From: Rhodospirillales bacterium
GTDB lineage: Bacteria > Pseudomonadota > Alphaproteobacteria > Rhodospirillales > Defluviicoccaceae
Direction of reading: 5' to 3'
Assembly: GCA_016712375.1 (NCBI GenBank)
Contig: JADJRE010000014.1
Location: 17,768-81,767 of the forward strand
Length of the DNA: 64,000 bases
The notes beneath the pieces are model-generated. The model was not told the DNA's origin and did no database searches. It worked only from the letters and a program-made list of their open reading frames with translations. The position numbers and the translations under genes are program-made. Below, one piece after another: positions 42,020-53,329 of the stretch; the stretch's first letter is position 1; each line of letters begins with the position of its first letter.

Positions 42020-42406
42020 ATGCGATCAGGCTCGCCGCTGATGGGTTGCTTGTTGCTTAGCGCTTTGGCAACCCTGGCCGCCTGTAGTCCGGTTCGTTGG
42101 GAGCGTGCCGACACCGACCCAGCCACACAGGAAGCCGACATCCGCGTCTGTCGCGGCTCCGCTCATCGCGCTTACAACGCGATGAGCGAACGACTCCTTT
42201 ATCCGCCTGATGTCATGATCGTTGAGGACAACAAGGGCCGCCTCCGTGAGGTGCCGGTGGCGCCCTCGCGACACTTCGGCCCCACAGTATGGTCGCCATA
42301 TACATCCCGTTCAGCTCTTGACCACCTATCGCTGCGGCAGGACCTGTTCGAGCATTGCCTGCAGCAGAAGGGCTACCGACTGGTTCCCGATCAGGAAGGA
42401 AGCTGA
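42020..42406 (+). CDS. small lipoprotein (hypothetical), paralogous to 37628..38023
   Basis: ATG 42020 within ORF 41969..42406. Lipobox LSALATLAAC. The mature part starts SPVRWERAD and ends LFEHCLQQKGYRLVP. Confidence 0.5.
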   Translation: MRSGSPLMGCLLLSALATLAACSPVRWERADTDPATQEADIRVCRGSAHRAYNAMSERLLYPPDVMIVEDNKGRLREVPVAPSRHFGPTVWSPYTSRSALDHLSLRQDLFEHCLQQKGYRLVPDQEGS

Positions 42407-42923
42407 TCGCAAGTTCATTTTATCCCGGACCGGCCATCACGTTGCACCTGGTTGAAAGAATTTCTTAGCCGTCAGCGGTCATTCAACGAAACAAGCCTAC
42501 CTCAGGGACGCCGAGATGGCGCCCATCTTTGCCTCACTTGAGGCAACACGGAACTGGATTAACGCAGGAAGACGCGCGTCTTGTCGCATTGTCGCCACTA
42601 TTGACGACGCCGGCCACTTGTGCGAGATTGCTTTGCATATCGGGGAGATTGGGGCGATATACGTGTTGCCGGGGGGGAACATGCCACAACAATGATACAA
42701 GGCTATGCCTCCGCTTGTGGATAACCGCAGGCGAGAAATTAGCTGCGCTTGAGCTCATCCTGAGTTGCATTGGCTAACTGCCGTTGTACTCGACGCTATT
42801 ACTATGTCCACGAGCTAGGAGAGTATAAAGTTACTTAAGTCGCGTTTGGCCTGTCTGATCCTGCACAAGCTGAAAGAGTATCGATCCCGATCTCCGTATT
42901 TGCTCAGCTAGAGGAGAAGAACA

Positions 42924-44860
42924 ATGCCGCGGGACGATGAAGAGATGGGCGGCCACAGTCGCCGTTTCTTTTTGAAAACGATGGGAGTTACGGCCGGACT
43001 TTACTGGTTCGGCCCGCGCCTGATGCTAAATGGGGAGGTGCTGGCCGCGTTGCCGGGAGGCACGCTTGATCCGAACTCACCATCGAGGCGCACAAAGGGC
43101 GGCCGGTCGTCGTCAAATGGATCAACGATCTTGTCGACGCTCAGGGTCGCTTCCTGCCTCACCTTCTGCCCGTCGATCCGACGCTGCACTGGGCCAATCC
43201 GCCGGGTGGGACGCAGCATCGCGACACTCGACCGGACTTTACCGGGCAGCCGACGCCGGGGCGGTATACTGGGCCGGTGCCGATCGTCACCCACGTGCAC
43301 GGCATGCGGGGGGTCGGCGACGAGAGCGACGGCTACCCCGAGGCCTGGTTCCTGCCGAACGCCATCGACATTCCGGCGGAGTACGCAGCGGAAGGAACTT
43401 GGTACAATTTCTTCCGCAGCAAGGCGCAGGCCAAGGGCGTCACCTGGTCTAAAGGTTCGGCGACGTTCATTTACCCCAACCAGCAGCGCGCTTCGACTGT
43501 GTGGTATCATGACCACGCGCTCGGCATGACCCGTCTCAACGTATATGCCGGGCCGGCAGGCTTCTACCTCATCCGCGGCGGACCGGACGACATTGTTTAC
43601 GACCGCGGCTTCGGCCGTCGCGCGGTATTGCCGGGACCGGCGCCGCAACGTGGAGATCCCCCCGGGCTCGCTTACAGCGAGATTCCGATCGCAATTCAGG
43701 ACCGGTCATTCAATCGGGACGGCTCACTGTTCTATCCGGACAGCCGAAAATTCTTCGACGGAATCGTCAAGCATTATATTCCAGATGGACCGTTTCCGCC
43801 GATCTGGAACCCCGAGTTCTTCGGTGACGTCATCGTCGTCAACGGCCGCACCTGGCCGTACCTGAACGTCGAACCGCGACGCTACCGGCTGCGCCTGTTG
43901 AACGGCTGTCAATCCAGGTTCCTGATCCTGCGCTTTGACAACTCTCGTGTGAAGATTTGGAAGATCGGCAACGAGGGCGGCTTCCTAAAGCAACAGGTCA
44001 ACGTCAGCAATCTCACCATGTCGCCTGCCGAACGAGCCGACCTAATCGTTGACTTTTCGGAAGTCATTGGCGAGACCGTTCGTCTGCTCAACACCGGCCC
44101 CGATGCCCCATTTGGTGGCCCCATAGGGGGGCCAGTGCCAGCTAATATCAAGGCTGACCCTATGACGACTGGCCAAGTGATGCAGTTCCGGGTGAGCGCC
44201 CAGCCAGTTGCCGATCCGACGACACCGCCCGTGCGTCTTGTTTTGCCGACCATTCGTCCGTTGCCGCGGCCGGTTCGAACCCGACAACTGGCCTTACTCG
44301 AAAGCGTTGCGCCTGGCTTCACCGAGACGGACTCAGGAGAGGCACCCGTTGAAGCGCTGCTCGGCACCGTCGAGCCCGGCACGCTGCGGCCGATGGAGTT
44401 GATGTGGGGCGATCCGGTCACCGAGAACCCCAAACCCGGCGACACCGAAATCTGGGAATTTTACAACTTCACCGGTGATGCGCATCCGATGCACGTGCAC
44501 GAGGTGCTCTTCCAGGTGATCAATCGCGAAGGCTTGATCATCGAAGAAGACGACTCCGGCATGCCGACAGGCGCAAAGTTGGCGGGCAAGCCGCGGCCGC
44601 CGGAGCGGACAGAACTCGGCTTCAAGGACACGGTAATCGCGCTGCCGGGAGAGGTCACCCGCATCGTCGCGAAGTTTGATAACTCCGGGCAGTTCGTCTG
44701 GCACTGCCACATCGTTGAGCATGAAGACAACGAGATGATGCGGCCCTACCGAATCGGCCCGGTCCAGCCCGGGCAGCCGATGCCGAATCATATGGCGACG
44801 GTAGCCTCTCCCACCGTGGCAGCGCGGCGTCTGGCGATACGACGCCCCAACCGCAGATAG
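42924..44860 (+). pseudogene. Tat-exported three-domain multicopper oxidase (bilirubin oxidase/CotA-like), N-terminal segment deleted and out of frame
   Basis: ORF 42924..43529 gives the Tat signal (SRRFFLKTMGV) and LPGGTLDP. ORF 43277..44860, whose frame is open from about 43072, starts at ELTIEAHKGRPVVVKWINDL. It carries all the copper motifs: THVHGM, WYHDHA, HPMHVHE and HCHIVEHEDNEMM. Confidence 0.8.
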
Positions 44861-44972
44861 CAAAACCTCCGAAGGGGACATCAGCGTTCCTTCGGATACT
44901 GCCGGCTGCGGAACGCCGGCCGCGTCGCCGCTCACGTTGATCTGGGCGCGTCGCTCCCTTACCCTGTCGCCG

Positions 44973-46076
44973 ATGAACGAGCGTCCGTCCCTGTCCGACG
45001 CCGAACGGCTCGACCGGCTGCGTCTGATTCGCAGCGAGAACGTCGGCCCGGTGACGTTTCGCCGGCTTCTCGACCGGTTCGGCACCGCTTCGGCGGCGCT
45101 GCGCGCCCTTCCTGATCTGGCGCGCCACGGCGGACGCAGATCCGTACACGTCTGCTCGATTGCCGAGGCGGAAGCGGAACTGGAGGCTATCGACCGTTGC
45201 GGCGCGCGGCTGATCATCTTCGGCGACGATGCCTATCCGGCCCTACTGGCCGAGATCGAGGATGCGCCCGCCAGCCTCACCGTGATCGGCGACGTCGGGC
45301 TGCTCCGCCGCGCCAGCATCGCCGTCGTCGGCAGCCGTAATGCCTCACTGAACGGCCGGCGACTGGCCTACGACATTGCTCGCGACATCGGCATCGGCGG
45401 CTTGGTGGTCGTGTCCGGTATGGCGCGAGGAATCGACGCTGAAGCGCATCGCGGGGAGCTTCCGAATGGCACGGTGGCTGTCCTCGCCGGCGGTGTTGAT
45501 GTCTGTTACCCGCTGGAAAACGCACAGCTTTACGCCCGCGTCCGTGAACAGGGGACTTTGTTGTCGGAAGTGCCACCCGCAACCGCGCCGCAGGCCCGTC
45601 ACTTCCCTCGTCGCAACCGCCTCATTTCGGGACTTGCGCAGGGCGTCGTCGTGGTCGAAGCCAACCTGCGTTCAGGCTCGCTGATCACCGCGCGAATGGC
45701 GGCCGAACAGGGGCGCGAGGTGTTCGCCGTTCCGGGGTCGCCGCTCGATCCCCGTGCCCGCGGCTGCAACGACCTGCTTCGGCAAGGGGCGATACTGACC
45801 GAGAGTGCGGCCGATGTACTTGGCCAACTACGGGCTCCGATTGCGGCCAGCCGACCGCTGGCTCAGCCAGCACCGCTGCCCGGCATCGACGATGCGGAAA
45901 CCGATGAAGCACGACGGGTGGTAGCGGAAACGCTATCGCCCACACCGGTCGCGGTTGACGAAATCATTCGCACCTGCCAATTGTCCCCGGCCCAGGTCTC
46001 AACCATTTTGCTGGAATGGGAGCTGGCTGGCCGTCTTGAGCGGCATGCGGGCAATAAAGTTTCCTTGATCGGGTGA
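44973..46076 (+). CDS. dprA: DNA-processing protein DprA (Smf)
   Basis: ATG 44973 within ORF 44937..46076. VGSRNAS...VVSGMARGIDAEAH...GGVDVCYPLEN...FPRRNRLISGL...VVEANLRSGSLITA, with a C-terminal winged-helix domain. Confidence 0.9.
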   Translation: MNERPSLSDAERLDRLRLIRSENVGPVTFRRLLDRFGTASAALRALPDLARHGGRRSVHVCSIAEAEAELEAIDRCGARLIIFGDDAYPALLAEIEDAPASLTVIGDVGLLRRASIAVVGSRNASLNGRRLAYDIARDIGIGGLVVVSGMARGIDAEAHRGELPNGTVAVLAGGVDVCYPLENAQLYARVREQGTLLSEVPPATAPQARHFPRRNRLISGLAQGVVVVEANLRSGSLITARMAAEQGREVFAVPGSPLDPRARGCNDLLRQGAILTESAADVLGQLRAPIAASRPLAQPAPLPGIDDAETDEARRVVAETLSPTPVAVDEIIRTCQLSPAQVSTILLEWELAGRLERHAGNKVSLIG

Positions 46077-46113
46077 GCAGGCGGGTGCAGCGAGGAACCG
46101 CAAAGGCGTGCCG

Positions 46114-48959
46114 ATGGATGTGGTGATCGTCGAATCGCCAGCCAAGGCGAAGACGATCAACAAGTACCTTGGCGAGGGCTACACGGTGCTCGCCTCCTAT
46201 GGCCATGTCCGCGACCTACCGGCAAAGGACGGATCGGTGCGTCCCGACGGCGACTTCGCCATGGATTGGGAAATCGACACTCGTGCCGGTAAACACCTCA
46301 AAGCGATCGCGGACGCCCTGCGCGGCGCGGAGCGGTTGTGGCTGGCAACCGACCCCGACCGCGAGGGCGAGGCCATCTCCTGGCACGTCTGCGAAGTGCT
46401 GAGCCAGCGCAAGGCGCTGCACGGCGTCGGCATCAAGCGGGTGGTGTTCAACGAGATCACCCGCAACGCCATCCTGGACGCCTTCGCCCGGCCGCGTGAG
46501 CTCGACCGGGAATTGATCGACGCCTATTTGGCGCGGCGGGCGCTCGATTACCTTGTCGGATTTACCCTTTCGCCGGTGCTGTGGCGCAAGCTGCCCGGCA
46601 GCCGCTCGGCTGGTCGTGTGCAGTCGGTGGCGCTGCGGCTGATCTGCGAGCGCGAGTCGGAGATCGAGAACTTCCGCTCGCGCGAGTACTGGACGATCGA
46701 GGGAGTTTTCGGCAAGGCGACAGGCGAAACGCTGACGGCCGCGCTGACCCATCTCGAGGGACGCAAGCTCGAGAAATTCGATCTTCAGGACGAAGCAGCG
46801 GCGCGGGAGGCGGTCAGACTAGCCGAGGGGCGCACCTACAGCGTCGCTCAAGTCGAACGCAAGCAGGTGCGCCGGCATCCATCGCCGCCGTTCGTCACCT
46901 CGACCCTGCAGCAAGAGGCCTCGCGCAAACTGGGGTTCACCGCCAGTCACACCATGCGGGTCGCCCAGAAGCTCTACGAAGGCGTGGGGATTGGCGGCGA
47001 GACAGTCGGGCTCATCACCTACATGCGCACTGACGGCGTACAGATGTCCGGCGAAGCGATAGCTGCCTGCCGTCGGGTGATTGATGGCGAATACGGCGCC
47101 CGCTACGTGCCGGACAAGCCACGGCTCTACAAAACGAAGGCGAAAAACGCCCAGGAAGCTCACGAGGCAATTCGCCCCACTGACCTTGCGCGCAAACCGG
47201 CAGACGTGGCCGCGCATCTCGACAATGATCAACGCCGCCTCTACGCATTGATCTGGAAGCGCACGCTGGCCAGCCAGATGGAGTCCGCCGTCCTTGATCA
47301 GGTGGCGGTCGACATCGCCTCCGAGGACCGGCAGGTCATGTTCCGTGCCACCGGCTCCGTCGTGGCGTTCGATGGCTTCCTGCGCGTCTACCGGGAAGGC
47401 CGTGATGATCCGGAGGCTGATAAGGCGAATGCGTCGGCGGCTCCCAGTGCCGACGACAGTGAACGGATGCTGCCGGACGTGACAAGCGGCGAATCGCTCA
47501 ACCGGCTGAGCATCACCCCTGAGCAACATTTCACCCAACCGCCACCGCGTTTTACCGAAGCCAGCCTGGTCAAGCGGCTGGAGGAACTGGGCATCGGCCG
47601 GCCCTCCACCTACGCCAGCATCATCTCGGTGCTGCAGGACCGCAAGTATGTGAGGCTCGAAAGCAAACGCTTCGTACCGGAAGATCGCGGCCGGCTGGTG
47701 ACCGCCTTTCTGGAAAGCTTTTTCGAGCGGTATGTCGCTTATGGCTTCACGGCTGCAATGGAGGAGCGGCTTGATGACGTTTCCGGAGGCCGTCTCGACT
47801 GGAAGACGGTGCTGCGCGAATTTTGGCAAGATTTTTCCGGCGCTGTCGACGAAACCAAAGAGCTCCGTGTCAAGGAGGTCCTGGAGGCGCTCGATCGGCT
47901 CCTCGGCCCGCATTTCTTCCGCGATAGCGCGAGCGGCCGCGACGCACGCGCCTGTCCGTCATGCACGGACGGCCGGTTGGGCCTGAAGCTGGGTAAGTTC
48001 GGCGCCTTCATCGGCTGCTCGAACTATCCGACCTGCCGCTACACCCGGCCGCTGGTGCCGGCGAGCGTCGACGAGGCGCAGCCGGCGACCAACGGCAACA
48101 ACGGCGCTCGCGTGCTCGGCGAGGACCCGGCAACGGGTTTGCCGGTCAGTCTGCGTAAGGGACCTTATGGTCCGTACGTGCAGCTCGGCGAGGCCGCCGG
48201 CAACGGAGCGCAGCCGGCCGGCGAAGCGGCGGTGAAGGCGGCGGAAAGCGTTCCGGCTGCGCCGGAGACGGGAAGTGCCCCCGCGCCGGCGAGGGGAAAG
48301 CGCAAGGCGAAGGGAAAGGCAAAAGCCGAAGCGTTGCCGAAGCCGAAGCGGATCTCCCTTCCTCGCGGCCTCGAGCCGGAGATGCTCGATCTCGACAAGG
48401 CCCTGGCGCTGTTGGCATTGCCCCGTTCGCTGGGCCCGCATCCCGAGACCGGGCAGGAGATCAGCGCTGGGCTCGGTCGCTTCGGTCCCTACCTGCGGAT
48501 GGGGGACGTGTATGTGTCGCTGAAGGGCGACGACGACGTGCTGGTAATCGGGTTGAACCGGGCGGTGGACCTGCTTGCGCAAGCGCGGCCGGCCAAGGCG
48601 AAGGGCAAGACGCTTGGTGCCCATCCGACAGACGACAAGCCGGTGTTGCTGATGGCCGGCCGCTACGGACCTTATGTGGAGCACGGCAAGCTTCGCGCCA
48701 CCTTACCGGCCGACGTTGACTCCGAAAGCCTGTCGCTGGATGGTGCCATGGCGCTGCTCGCAGCCAAACGCACGGCTCCGCCAGCACGAAATCAGCCAAG
48801 GCTTCCGCGAAAGCGGCGACTAAGACCAAAGCGACAAGATCGGCGGCGAAGCAGCCGGCAACGTTGCCAGGGGAGGCGGAAGCGGCAAAGACAAGGCGGC
48901 GCAAGAAGGCTGGGGCTCGGCATGATGTTCCAGCCCGTCCAGCGCCGGCTTTGCGGTGA
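46114..48959 (+). pseudogene. topA: DNA topoisomerase I, extreme C-terminus frame-broken as sequenced
   Basis: MDVVIVESPAKAKTI (Toprim), ATDPDREGEAISWH, the catalytic region LITYMRTDG and zinc-ribbon/C-terminal repeats. After ...MALLAAK (about 48765) the Lys/Ala-rich tail continues in the -1 frame to TGA 48957..48959. The track ORF instead runs on into rnr. Confidence 0.95.
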
Positions 48960-51175
48960 AGCCCCAAAGGCACACATCGCGCCGTTCCCGACACGGGAGC
49001 AGATCACTGCCTTTATCCGCGAAAATGGTCCACGCGTCGGCAAACGAGAGATCGCCGGGCCTTCCGGCTGGACGCCGAGCAAAAGGTGGAGCTGCGCCGG
49101 GTGCTGAAGGAGATGGAAAGCGACGGCACGCTTGATCGCGACCGCGGCAGACGGTTCCGCCAATCTGGGACGCTGCCGAGCGTCGGTGTAATCGAAATCA
49201 TTGGCGTCGACACGGACGGCGAGACCACCGCCCGCCCCTTCGGCTGGACGGATGGCGCCGCCGCTCGTTTATGTTGCCCCAAAAGCGCAGCCGCGCCGCC
49301 TACGCCGCAGGCGAGAAAGTGCTGGCGCGACTGCGTCCGACCGACGGCGGCGGATACGAGGCACGCGTGATCCGCAGGCTGGCCGCCGCAGCCGACCGGG
49401 TCTTGGGCGTCGTTACTACCGTTGGTGAAACCACTCGCATCGTGCCAGTCGACAAACGGGCACGCGTCGAGTTTCTGCTTGCGCCGGAAGCTTCGATGGG
49501 GGCGGCGCCAGGCGAACTGGTGTGGGCGGAGGTTCAACCGGGCCGGCCGCTCGGGCTGAAGCAGGCTCGTGTTGCCGAGCGTCTTGGTCCAACGATGGGC
49601 CCGCGCTCGATCTCACTGATAACCATTCACGACCACGACATTCCTTTCGAGTTCCCAGCGGAAGCACTGTCACAGGCGGAAACCGCCGGCTCGGCGCCAC
49701 TCGCCGGCCGCGTTGATTTACGTTCGATCCCCCTCGTAACCATCGACGGCGAAGACGCTCGCGACTTCGACGATGCGGTGTGGGCAGAGCCGGACGGTGA
49801 TGCCGGCAATGTTGGTGGCTGGCACCTCCTGGTAGCCATCGCTGACGTTGCCCACTACGTCCGGCCGGGCAGCCCGCTCGATCGGGAGGCACTAAAGCGG
49901 GGTAACTCGGTCTACTTTCCTGATCGGGTCGTGCCGATGCTGCCGCATGCCCTGTCCAACGGTTGGTGTTCGCTGGTACCGGGTGAAGACCGTCCTTGCC
50001 TCGCGGCGCACCTGTGGATCGACGCTGACGGCGGACTCCTCCGTCATCGCTTCGAGCGGGCGGCGATCCGCTCGGCTGCCCGCCTCACCTACCGTCAGGT
50101 GCAAGCGGCGCGGGATGGCCGGTTCGACGACGCCACTGCTCCGCTCGCGGAGGCGGTAATCGCACCGCTGTATGAAGTGTTCGCGGCGCTTGCCCGGGCG
50201 CGTGCCAACCGCGGTGTGCTCGAGTTGGAAGTCCCGGAACGGCGCGTGCTTATCGGTGCCGATGGCGGCGTGGCCGGCATCGAGCTGCGCGAGCGGCTCG
50301 ACAGCCACAAGCTGATCGAGGAGTTCATGATCGCCGCCAACGTCGCCGCTGCCGAGGCGCTGGAGGAGCGCAAGGCGCCAGCGATGTACCGGGTGCACGA
50401 TCAGCCGAGCCGCGAGAAGCTGGAGTCGTTGCGCGAGTTCCTGGAGACCATCGATCTGCGACTGCCTCGCGGCCAAGGGGTCATGCGGCCGCGCGACTTC
50501 AACCGTATCCTGGCTCGCGTCGAAGGTCGTCCTGAGGCGCGAATGGTCAACGAGGTGGTACTGCGCAGCCAGGCGCAGGCGGCCTACGATCCAACCAATA
50601 TTGGCCACTTCGGCCTCGCTTTGCGGCGGTACTGTCACTTCACCTCACCGATTCGGCGCTACGCCGACCTGTTGGTGCACCGGGCGCTGATCCGTGCCTT
50701 TCGCTTTGGCGACGATGGCCTGCCTGCTGATGGCGAAGACTTCGGCCGGATCGCCGAGCATATCTCGGTCACCGAACGTCGCGCCGCCTCGGCCGAGCGC
50801 GACGCCGTGGATCGATATACGGCGGTGTTCCTCTCGGAACAGGTTGGCTGCGTGTTGCCGGGACGGATCGGCGGCGTTACCCGCTTCGGCCTTTTCGTGA
50901 CACTGGAAGGATCGGGCGCTGACGGCCTTGTTCCGATCTCCAGCCTTCCCGATGATTACTACGTCCACGACGAAAAGGCGCACTGCCTCATCGGCCGCAA
51001 CCACGGCCTGACCTTCCGTCTCGGTGATACGGTTGATGCCCGACTGGTTGAGGCCAACCCTCTCACCGGCGGCGTCATCCTCGAGCTGATGGGAGCCGGC
51101 GGCGAACGGCGGGGACGCCCACGACGCGGTTCCCCTTTACCGCGCGGCCGGGCGCCTGCCCGTCGACGACGATAG
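48922..51175 (+). pseudogene. rnr: ribonuclease R, N-terminal region frame-broken three times as sequenced
   Basis: N-terminal pieces: PFPTREQITAFIRENGPRVGKREIA (frame of the topA ORF), FRLDAEQKVELRRVLKEMESDG...GWTD (ORF 49086..), APPLVYVAPK (ORF 49201..), then RSRAAYAAGEKVLARL... in ORF 49271..51175. That ORF carries the RNB domain (TIDGEDARDFDDAV...YFPDRVVPMLP...HFGLA...YCHFTSPIRRYADL) and an S1 domain. Confidence 0.9.
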
Positions 51176-51180
51176 GATTG

Positions 51181-52179
51181 ATGCGGGTGTGGTCGGGATC
51201 GCCACTATTGCATGTCGAGGACGTTTTTGAGCACGCGCCATTTCCAGCGGCGCACGCCTCGACAATGGCCGAAACGGAAGCGGGCCTCGTCGCCGCCTGG
51301 TTCGCCGGCACCCGCGAGGGCCATGGCGATGTCGGAATTTGGGTCGCCCGCCGGGAGCACGGCCGATGGCTGTATCCGGTCGAGGTGGCCAACGGACGGC
51401 TTGCTCTGCGCCGGCGCTTGCCGTGCTGGAACCCGGTGCTGTTCCAGCGGAAGAAGGGCGAGCCGCTTTTGCTGTTCTACAAGGTCGGCCCCAGCCCTAG
51501 CCGCTGGTGGGGCATGTTGCTGACTTCGGAAGACGCCGGCTGTTCGTGGTCTGAACCGCGCCGATTGCCAAAGGGCATTCTGGGTCCGATCAAGAACAAG
51601 CCGATCCAATGGGCGGACGGCCGTTTACTCTGCCCATCGTCGGACGAGGAGGGGCGCTGGCGGTTGCATTTGGAGTGGACAGACGCGACGGCGACAACCT
51701 GGCGACGCGGACCGTCGCTGAACGACGGACCCGTCTTTGCGGCGATCCAGCCAACGCTGCTTACCCATGGAAGCCGGTTGCAGATGCTCTGCCGTACCCG
51801 CCAAGGCACGATCGGCCAATGCTGGTCGGAGGATGGTGGCGAAACCTGGACAACTCTGGCGCCGACCGATCTCCCTAATCCGGACAGCGGGATCGACGCG
51901 GTGGCGCTGGCAGACGGACGTGCGCTTCTCGTCTACAACCACAACCAGACAGGCCGGACGCCACTGAACCTCGCGATCAGCGATGACGGCGAAGCTTGGT
52001 CGGCTGTTGCAATTCTGGAGGATCAGCCGGGGGAATACTCCTACCCGGCGATCATTCAGAGCGCCGACGGTATCGTGCACGTCACCTATACCTGGAACCG
52101 TCGCCGCATCCGCCATGTAACGCTGTCGCCCACGGATTTTTGTTTGCGGCCTATCGTAGGCGGCCTCTGGCCGGAGTAA
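51181..52179 (+). CDS. BNR/Asp-box repeat sialidase-family (exo-alpha-sialidase-like) protein
   Basis: Asp-box repeats SEDAGCSW, SEDGGETW and SDDGEAW. The overall pattern is typical of the small bacterial sialidase-like beta-propeller family. Confidence 0.75.
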   Translation: MRVWSGSPLLHVEDVFEHAPFPAAHASTMAETEAGLVAAWFAGTREGHGDVGIWVARREHGRWLYPVEVANGRLALRRRLPCWNPVLFQRKKGEPLLLFYKVGPSPSRWWGMLLTSEDAGCSWSEPRRLPKGILGPIKNKPIQWADGRLLCPSSDEEGRWRLHLEWTDATATTWRRGPSLNDGPVFAAIQPTLLTHGSRLQMLCRTRQGTIGQCWSEDGGETWTTLAPTDLPNPDSGIDAVALADGRALLVYNHNQTGRTPLNLAISDDGEAWSAVAILEDQPGEYSYPAIIQSADGIVHVTYTWNRRRIRHVTLSPTDFCLRPIVGGLWPE

Positions 52180-52194
52180 CGCAAGTCGTTGCTA

Positions 52195-52338
52195 CGCTAT
52201 AGATGTGCCGCTCATAAACCAGACATAAATAACGGCGAGCAATATGGCCGCTCCGCCAAGTGAGGCCAGCAGTATCCAGCGAACAACGCCGGGCTTTTGT
52301 CCCTGCCTTGCCTCTGTCGGACTGCGTTCGGTATGCAT
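52195..52338 (-). CDS. possible 47-aa single-TM protein (below the ORF-track size cutoff)
   Basis: My own translation: MHTERSPTEARQGQKPGVVRWILLASLGGAAILLAVIYVWFMSGTSI. A charged N-terminus is followed by one hydrophobic helix. No other support. Confidence 0.25.
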
Positions 52339-52533
52339 GGGTTGGGCTCCTGCCGCATCCTTCGGTTTCTGCCTTAATCCGCTGTGATGCGATCTGTTCC
52401 CCCAGTGCAGGAGGAAAATGCGGTTTACCTAAGTTTCGATCGGGAATTATCGAAAAAAATGGAACCCTGGCAACAGCGTCTCGTTGCTTTGCAGCACTGA
52501 CTTCCCCTCTGCATTCCGGTCAGTGGCAAAACT

Positions 52534-52560
52534 CTGGGCGGCCTTCGGAAGGCCGCCCAG
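52534..52560 (-). terminator. rho-independent terminator downstream of the 52589..53329 lipoprotein gene
   Basis: Perfect 12-bp GC-rich stem ctgggcggcctt / aaggccgcccag with a 3-nt loop. On the minus strand it is followed by aguuuug. Confidence 0.5.
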
Positions 52561-52588
52561 CTTGTTTAGCCGAAGCCAAAGCCAAAAC

Positions 52589-53329
52589 CTAAAACAGTGT
52601 ACCGACGCCGCGAAAGCCGTTTTCGCCGACGGTCATCGTGAACTGGGGGTATTTCCCGTCCGGGTTGCTCTGACCGTAGATGTCAAACGGAGCCAAGTTG
52701 CGCGGCGGATTGATCGGGATGCCGCTCTGATCCCACGACAGCAGCAATCGCGGAAAGGTCAATGCCTCGAAGCGCTGCGACGGCCATCGCCGTGCGTTGA
52801 ACGTCATCCTGCCATTGATGCAAGCAACGCCCACCCAGAAGAAATCTTCGGACCGAAGGTAGAGGCCGCTCGGCGCGGGTTGAAAGAAGCCGCTCTGCAC
52901 AAGGCTGCCTACCAGCGCATCGATGTCGCGGCCGCCGAGGGTAAGGCTGCTCTTGCGGCCGGCGAACGGCGCCAGCAGGTCAAGCGGGTCGTTGATGATC
53001 GTTGCAGGATCTATCTGGACGTTGCTCAGGTCGGAAGGTCCGAGAACACGCGCGCGTAACAAATATCCCTCGCCGCTGGGGTGCGGCGAAAGGTCATAAG
53101 TGCGCGCCTGCTGAATGTAGACGCCGTTGTAGACAAAGCGGAAGCGGTCAACGGCGCCGGGAACGCAGGCGGCGCGAATGTCATCACCGTTCATGTAACT
53201 AAACCAGGTGAAGCGTTGGGAGATCGCATCATCCCGTCCTCGATAGGAGCAACTCGATGCCACAGCGGCGAGAAGTGTCACGGCTAACGTGACGAGGCGG
53301 GCGGGGCGGGGAGCGAAAGCAGCGAACAT
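52589..53329 (-). CDS. hypothetical lipoprotein
   Basis: Lipobox LLAAVASSC. 246 aa. No family recognised. Confidence 0.5.
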   Translation of the reverse strand: MFAAFAPRPARLVTLAVTLLAAVASSCSYRGRDDAISQRFTWFSYMNGDDIRAACVPGAVDRFRFVYNGVYIQQARTYDLSPHPSGEGYLLRARVLGPSDLSNVQIDPATIINDPLDLLAPFAGRKSSLTLGGRDIDALVGSLVQSGFFQPAPSGLYLRSEDFFWVGVACINGRMTFNARRWPSQRFEALTFPRLLLSWDQSGIPINPPRNLAPFDIYGQSNPDGKYPQFTMTVGENGFRGVGTLF

